A stretch of 64,000 nt of DNA from Vitrella brassicaformis CCMP3155 (taxonomy: Eukaryota > Protista > Chromerida): NCBI GenBank assembly GCA_001179505.1, contig CDMY01000456.1:62001-126000 (forward strand). Reading direction: 5' to 3'. The notes beneath the pieces are model-generated. The model had not been told where the DNA came from, ran no database searches, and was given only the letters and a program-made list of their open reading frames with translations. Position 1 is the first letter of the stretch. The number at the start of each line of letters is the position of its first letter. Positions 53,422 through 64,000 of this stretch are shown in pieces. Both the position numbers and the translations under genes were made by a program.

Positions 53422-56400
53422 TCATGACTCTCTGGCTGCTAATTGCAGCCGGAAGCGAGCGTAGAAGATTTCAGGCTCACCATCATCGCCTTCAGTCGTG
53501 TCACAAAAAACCTCTGCACCCGTCAGATAGTATGTATCTACAACTTCCTCGTAGCACTCAAAACCGAGCGCACGAGCGCAAGTGGTGCCGTGCTCGACTA
53601 TGGCCCTCTCTAGCTCATCTTCCTCTAAGTCCCCGTAGTCGTGGCTGGCTAGCTCGTCATCGTATACATCAACACCGATATCTGCCTCGTGCGGCTGCAA
53701 CCGGTGCACAAAGCGCATGATCGGCAAAGCATCTACCCTCTCGACCACCGTATAGCGGCCATCACGTGTGACGGCATCATCTGACACCTCCACAGTGAGG
53801 CGCGCGACGGCAGGCACCTTCTGGCTGAAACGCTCAGGCAATGCTCTCACGTAGGGGCCCACAGACAGCGCCAACTCATCTAGCTTACCAACGCTCATGC
53901 TTGCCAGGCACTCGCATACGATAGGAAGGCTAGCAGAGGATAGCTGCACCTCTTTGAGATGGTGCAGGCTGCCCAGCAGCTTAGTGAGTGTCCGGGGTCG
54001 GGCGGGCAGATGCCGCGCCCGCCCATCCACCGTCAGGCCAAACTTGCCGCGGAAGGTCTCGATGGATGGAAGGCGCTGTTATTGCCGTCCTGGCCGACCT
54101 CGAGCAGCCAGGTTGGGATGCTCTTGATGGTCCTGTCGATCGGCGGGTTGTCGAAGTCCTCCTCGATGCTCAGCTCATCGGCCTTGGGGAAACTCAGCAG
54201 GTGTCGCCATGTGTGGTGCAAGGAGGTGCCGCCACACTTGATTACCACCTGAATGCGTACACACCCTTCGTGATGTAAACAATCCTGTGGATCAGCTTGC
54301 TATTTGTCTCCTTACCAAGCCAGCCTGGCTCGCCAATTCCTTGACCGCGTCAGCTACGGGCCCATGGACAGCTGGGGGGGCACTCGGCACACGCTTGCTG
54401 CAGTCCAATTTGAAGACAAAACCCCGCCACTCGACGCCCACGCCGAGCCCCCTTGCCCAACAGAGGAAGGTGTGCAGGGGGCGCGCCTCGTCGGCGAAGC
54501 TGTGGCTGACGGTGGCCTCGCCGCAGTCGAGCCCGATGGTCTTCTGAACGCCTGAAAGGACAGCAAGCGAAGTGACGTCGACAGCTGGATCCTAGTCGGC
54601 CGCCATGGCGCGTTTGTCTTACCTCGCATGTCCTGTCGGCACCAGTTGGTGTTGAGGGCCTCGCTCAAGCTAGCCAGTTGGTCGAGACCAATCCCGACAC
54701 AATACTTGTCCTGGCTGATCCGCAATCCCCGTATGGTGGTCAGCCGAGTGCACTGGCCGACGGCAGTAGTGAAGTCGCGCCAATCACGCTCACCTCCAGT
54801 TGGGCTGATTTCGTCAGCGGTGAGCGTCTTGAGCAAAGGGGACGACCGCATGATGTGGGCAAGCTTAGAAAAAGCCCACGAGACGGAGCCCACTTGTAGA
54901 TGGCACAGGCTGGGGAATGACCAATTGCGTCGACTAATGATAACAGCGACACACACGCACGATTGTCTGCCTTGTGGTGCCTTCATTCTGCTAGACCCAC
55001 CTCATGTGGTCGACAAATCCATCAGAGCCTTTGTGCCACGCATCACAGCTGATGTGCATCGTCTCCAGCCTCTCAAACACGATACCGGCTGGTTCTGCCG
55101 GCTCACGTGAGACGTCGATGTGGGCGCTGATGTGGATGGCCGTGATGGTCGAGTGGGACGCCTCGATACACGAGAACGCGAACGACAGGAACGCGCCATC
55201 GCTGTGCTCAATGTGTGCTCGCCGAATCTTGGTCTGAACAAACCACAAAGCACAGGAGACCATGCCTTCTCATCTACAGGTGCTCTTGTCGTTTGGTCAC
55301 CAGTTTGCTCCTCAGCCGGGTGGGGGTGGTTCGATTGAGGCGCATCCATGTTTTGGTATCGTGTGCCATGATGGTCAGGTTGCGGTAGATGCCGCTCGTC
55401 ACGTCGTCCGCCTTGGCGTTGAGATCCTTGCTAAGTCGGCAGAGGACGGTGGCCTCAATGGTGGTGAGGAACGAGGCGATTCCGTCACACAGAAGTGGGC
55501 CCTCAATGCCATCCAAACACGGCCGATGAACACCCTGAAGCACACAGCGAGCTGCACAGCAGCGTAAGTAGTGTCCTGCTTTGCTGACTGATTGGCTGAC
55601 GAACCTGCTTCTGTTGCTGCTGTTGGTCGTTGGCCTGCCCTTCCTCCTGAGGGCCGCTCGACACACCTCCTGCACCCACGACAGACAGACGGGACAGAGA
55701 GAATTGAGTGCATCCTCCGTGTCAGTCGAGTCACGCCGTGCCGCTGCTTACCACCACCAGCGGCAGCAGGAGCTGAGTGACGCTCCAAGCATGGCCGCTT
55801 GGCCTGCGGTACAACTGCCTGCACACACACACAGCAGACGCAGTGATAGAACACACGGGTGGCAGCATCGCTACTCTGTTCGTACCGATTTCGATGCATC
55901 GAGTTCCTCGGCAGACTCGTCTATGTCCATCGGTTCGCTAAAACCCACCTGACGGCACGCCACACCTCGCAAGTCCGCCCTGTGCAGATGTGTATTTGCT
56001 GTGGGCATGAGTGCCCACCTGTGCGGGTCTATCTAAGAGGGCGTCGATATGCGCCAGGCCGCTCGCCATGGCCGACAACTCACACTGCACACAAACAAAC
56101 AGCCATACAAACCGCGTGAGATGTCAGGAGCTTGCACACCCATCCACGCGCGTTCCCCCACCTGTACATCCGGTCGGCAGCGCAGCAGCCTCTGCGCCCG
56201 CGACTCGCCATCAGCCGATAACTGAATCAACAACCAATGCGCCCAACGGTCAAGTGGCCGCCTGCATGTCAGCCTTGTGTCGTGTTACCTTTGACTGAAT
56301 CGCCTCAGTCAGTCTGTCTATGCGATGGAGCTCATCTCGCAGGTTACGTAAGCCACCATCAGCAGCAGACGCCTGCACCAAACAAATCACAGACACGTTT

Positions 56401-56446
56401 GTTGTGCGGTCATATGAATTCAATTTGCCGGTTGGCTGACCGCCAT
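53422..56446 (-). pseudogene. Lineage-family F-box/LRR-like protein with apparent 1-nt deletion near 54061-54072
   Basis: About 11 exons join in frame (MAASAADGGLRNL...IASFLTTIEATVLCRLSK...WSFPSLCHL) until NNSAF. The frame then shifts between ORF 54033-54248 and ORF 53422-54030; restoring one C gives NNSAFPSIETFRGKF. Confidence 0.5.
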
Positions 56447-56668
56447 ACTCAGAGAGGGAAGAAGCATACTGTGGGGCGAATTCGCCCCGGCCAACCATAT
56501 TGTGTGGGGCAAATCTAAGGCGGCCGAGCCGCAAACCCACTCATCTGCACAGATGACAACCGAAACCTATGAGAGGAAGCGGCCCGCCTGGTGTTTTCAC
56601 CTGATTCCATTGGTAGCCGGCGTTTTGGCGTACCTCTCCCCCACCTCTCCCTGCGAGCCGATCCGGCG

Positions 56669-56697
56669 AAACCCTTGACCCCAACCCTAGGGGTTTG
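56669..56697. promoter_or_regulatory. Telo-box-like and quasi-palindromic motif in a divergent intergenic region
   Basis: AAACCCT at 56669 and CAACCCTAGGGGTTTG at 56682-56697, between starts at 56446(-) and 57072(+). Confidence 0.4.
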
Positions 56698-57071
56698 CGA
56701 GCTATCGAAGGAGGGAAGAAAGGAGTGGAGATTAAACGACCAATGCCGACGACGATAGCCGTAGCGCCATTCGAGGACTAGAACGGATGCAGACTGCTGA
56801 AAGTGACACCGCTTCACGCTGACTGGGTGTGAATCCGGACGTGACGGAGGGTGGACGAGACGATGACGGATCATCCCATGGATAGCATTCTTCCACTCTC
56901 TGAGGTACGCATGGATGACACTGTGTGAATGCGCCATGTGTATTGCTTTGCTTCTCTCCTCCTTTGAATGCATGGCAGCGGACGGTGACTCCCCGCCGCT
57001 CGCGTCAGAGCGACTCCCCGTTCCGCACGCCACACCGACGCCCTCCCTCCTCACCAGAGTTCTTCACACCC

Positions 57072-59874
57072 ATGTCCACCATCAAGGTCGGACCTCCCAG
57101 GACCTCACAACGCGGCAGCTCAGCTGACGGCGACCAGAGTGCCAGCCATGACTCAGCTTCCGGCAACGGGACCGTCCCGTCGGCTCCAGAGAGTCCTTTG
57201 GAGGATGCTGTGTCGCCGCTTCCCAATGGCGTGGGTGCGACATCACCCAAGTCCGCAGGCGATGACGGACACGTCAGCAATGGGGACTTCGGGAGCAGCG
57301 CGTCGCGGCGGCGTTCGTCCAAGCAACCGCCGGTTGATGACCCTGTGATCGACCAGGTCGAGCGAGATTTGGGTCTGGACATCGGCGCTGACGGCCTCCC
57401 GCTGGCTGCGAGGCGGAAATCGTCGATTCCCCCTGTCATTGTCGTCCACGAGCAGGCTAGGGACACTGCCGCACCACCGGAGGCCGACGACGAGCACTAC
57501 CTGACCGTCCGCATCCCCCTGCCGCGTGACGGCGCCCCCCAGTTCTTCAATCTATCTGAAGGCCACTCACCCAGCTCTAACCCCACCCCGGACTCGCCCC
57601 ACGGCGACCCGTGCGTCTTGTCGAGGGCTGCGGCGGCGCTGGCGAGTGTGAGGGAAGAGGGGGAAGGGGAGAATGATTATGTGCAAAGGGGGGAGGACGG
57701 GAGGGGTGATGTGGAGGGTGTTGAGGGAATAATGGAGAGGGGCTCGTCAGTCGAAGGGCAGTTATCAGAGATGAGGACCTCGATGGAGGTGAGGTGGCCG
57801 TCTGACTGAGGGCTCGGCTTATGCACGGCTCGGCTTATGCACGGCTCGGCTTGTGTCGTGGTTTGTTTTGTGTCTGTCTGTGTCTGTCTTTCTCTCTGAA
57901 TGTTATGTATGTCAGCGTATGTGGAATCAGATGGAGGCGTATAAGAAGGCCAACCAGAGCCTCAGGCACTCGATACACGACCTCCTCCAGGAACGAAACC
58001 TTTTACACGTCAGTCACTCAAGACACATACACACACATACACACCACCCACTCACGTGTCCTTTCCCTCGACCTTCCCACTTGCAGAAGATCGTCCTTCA
58101 GCTGCACAGTGACTCGCCGTCCACTGTGAGTGCGCCGAGGCGTGCCAACACCATGCCCGTGACATCATCCGACGACGCAGCGCAGCCTCCGCTGCGTTCT
58201 GCCCGCTCCCATGAGGGGCCGGACCTCTCCCCGCCCATCTCGGCGAGAGTGGCCGACCTCAGCGGGCGGATCAATGCCGAACAGGTGACTGACGTAGATG
58301 AGATGAGAGGCGCATCCGTGTTGTTGCTAAACATGTCCCTTCTGCTCTTCTTCTCCTGTCTCATGTGTGGTGGGTCCCCTCCAGGGTGTGGGCAGTGGTC
58401 GTGTGGAGGACCGGGATGTGTTCGACGCTCTGGTGGAGGGTTCGCGGCAGTTCATGGCGGCATCTTCCTCGAGTGACCTTGAGGGCATCTACCGGATCGC
58501 TATGGGCGCAGCGCCGCAACAGGTACACAGACAGACAGACAGACAGTGACACATTCGTCACGACACAGTGTACCTCTGTCGTTCCATGCAGCAGTGGCTT
58601 GACATTGTGAGTGGCCCCAAACCGTCCAGAGACAAGTGAGAGAGCCCACGAGGACCCTTTTCCTCTTGTTTATCGGCCTGCACTGCATGTCACCCCCCCA
58701 CTCACTCAGGCGTGTGGTGTTTTCTTCTATTGGGGGCTACTGGCGTACCGTCGACATGGGCAGCGACACCCACCCCTCGCCCCTGCCCGCTGACGGGTCG
58801 GTGGGGCCTTACGGCAGCGGTGTGTACGTGGTCGCCTTAGAGTACAAGGGATCGACGCCAACACCGATGCACTCAGGTGGGACGATGGAGCCAGGTACAG
58901 CGCACCACATCATGTGGACGCATCCATGCCATCTGTCTGTCTGTCTGTCTGGTTCATTGCAGGCTTGTGGTTGAGTGTGCGGCCCCCTCGTCGTTCGTTG
59001 TGGCGGCGGCTGACAGGGGCAGCAGCCCTCGAGGGGCCTCAGCTCGTCGCCACGCGCAAGCGGCTCCCATCGTACAACGAGACCTTCCTGCTGGAACTGC
59101 ATAGGGACGGCACTGGTATGTGCCACACACCTGCACACACACACACAAACACACAGCACAGGGGGGCGAGAGTGGTTCTCCCTTCTGTTCTGTGTCCAGT
59201 TCGCATTCGGCACCGCGGCACGAGGGTGTTGGTGTGCCGTGGCGGGCTGACTTCTGTTGTCCAGGGGCCGCCGGATGCTGCCGGCCCTGTGTGTACCAAT
59301 GTGGATAGCGACTCTGCAGCTGATGTCCTCTCACCACATCTGCACTCACTGGACCTCACTCGCGAGCCCTCGTTGCAGGGGATCGACCCCACCCACACTC
59401 ATACGAACAGCAGATTCCAGGTGTGTCAGCACACAGGCAGGGCCGCACGACTCGACTGCCTTCATGAATATCCCTTCAAACATCACAGCGGTTTTCTGTC
59501 TGTCTGTCGACTGTGTGCAGCTGATCGCAGCCAAGGACCACCTGCTGGCCGGCGCGACTCGCCTGCTCAACCTGCTCCCCTCGACGCCCCCATCCCGCCG
59601 CTCGCCCACCCTTCCCGGCCCCTCCGTCTCGAGCACATCCGCACAGACGGGCACCACCACAACCGTCCCCACCCAAACACAGCAGCCGTCTTTATCGTGC
59701 GACAGGTGGTATGCCTTCGGGCATCTCAACATGCTGGCTGCTGTGCGGTGGGCGGGAAAGGTGCGCGAGAGGGAGGATGAGGAAGACACAGAGAGGGAGG
59801 CACACACGTGCACGACAGGCAGCGATGAGATGGAGTGGTGCGCTGTCCACTTTGGAGATGTCGCTTATCGTTAG
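57072..59874 (+). CDS. Hypothetical multi-exon protein: low-complexity N-terminus, coiled coil, small beta-type domain
   Basis: Exons join in frame: MSTIKVGPP...SME-RMWNQMEAYKKANQSLRHSIHDLLQERNLLH-KIVLQL...RVVFSSIGGYWRTV...LVATRKRLPSYNETFLLE. The 3' end is uncertain. Confidence 0.5.
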
Positions 59875-60592
59875 ACAGACAGATGGACAGAATGGAAGCC
59901 CACTACTGCCTAGCCAGGGTTTTTCTTGTGTGTGATTTATGGATGCGTGCGTGCGTGATATCGATGCGGGCAAGGGGCTGACAGACAGACAGACAGACAG
60001 ACAGACAGGAGTGCGTGAGCGCGTCACGCTATGCTATGCGTCAACCATCATATTCACAAACCAGACATACTATTGCGTCTCAGAGTTCCACAACATACAC
60101 ATACACACAGACACAAGCACATTCGCCCAGTTGCGGCGACAGCACGACAAACAAACAGGGAGGAGGATATGACACGGACGAAGGGACAGACAGCATCGCT
60201 TCCGTGTCACTCTCTCCACGCACACACACAGATAAAATACCGAAACACCCGCCCACTTGAAAAGGTCTCGTGTCAGTCAGTGTGTCTGTCTGTGTGTTTA
60301 GGTAAGCTGCCTTGACCACATGCGCTGCCAACGAGGCCGGTTCCCAGCCAGACCAGGCCAGGCCAGATGAACACATGAACAGATCTTGCTGTGTATCAAG
60401 TCGAGACGCACGAAAACCACACCAGGTATGTACGCTGCGATGTGTGTCTGCAATTGCAGAGGTATGGCCTTACACAACGCTATACAATACAAACACTGCG
60501 ATCAATATATATGCGATCACCTCTCTGGCCCGTGCGCACAAGCGGAGAGTGCCAATCGATGGTCATCCATCCACCCATCCATCCTTCATTTC

Positions 60593-64000
<3,408 letters not shown>

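Noticed and set aside
57811-57852. 16-bp tandem repeat GGCTCGGCTTATGCAC x2.6, and similar short tandems (33066-33095)
   Set aside because: No spacers and no cas genes; ordinary slippage duplications, not CRISPR.

Overview
Intron-rich eukaryotic nuclear DNA, not prokaryotic. Short GT-AG introns packed with (CA)n/(GT)n, (CAGA)n and (CATC)n microsatellites and the lineage-type protein families point to a chromerid alveolate, most likely Vitrella brassicaformis (inference from sequence style, no search run). I traced about 24 spliced genes by hand. Recognisable ones: organellar IF-2 (3' end), a protease-less FtsH-like AAA protein, V-ATPase subunit d, a DXD-type glycosyltransferase, Spp2/GPKOW, a helical-repeat organellar protein, a GMC oxidoreductase, a histidine acid phosphatase, an LSMT-like SET protein, a C2HC zinc-finger/SAM protein, a P1B Cu-type ATPase, a TPR fusion and an ABCC transporter (3' half). 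Several others belong to lineage-specific families. Most genes sit in head-to-head pairs 80-630 bp apart, often with telomere-like motifs between them. Top leads: (1) a spliced gene encoding the N-terminal and RNA-binding domains of bacterial Rho, without the ATPase, fused to an RS/Pro-rich tail; (2) a secreted precursor with two Cys-rich modules separated by PEXEL/TEXEL-like RxL sites; (3) an intronic inverted repeat that could loop out the exon carrying the catalytic His of the GMC enzyme. No rRNA, tRNA, CRISPR array or transposase was found. Exon boundaries are manual and unverified by transcripts.
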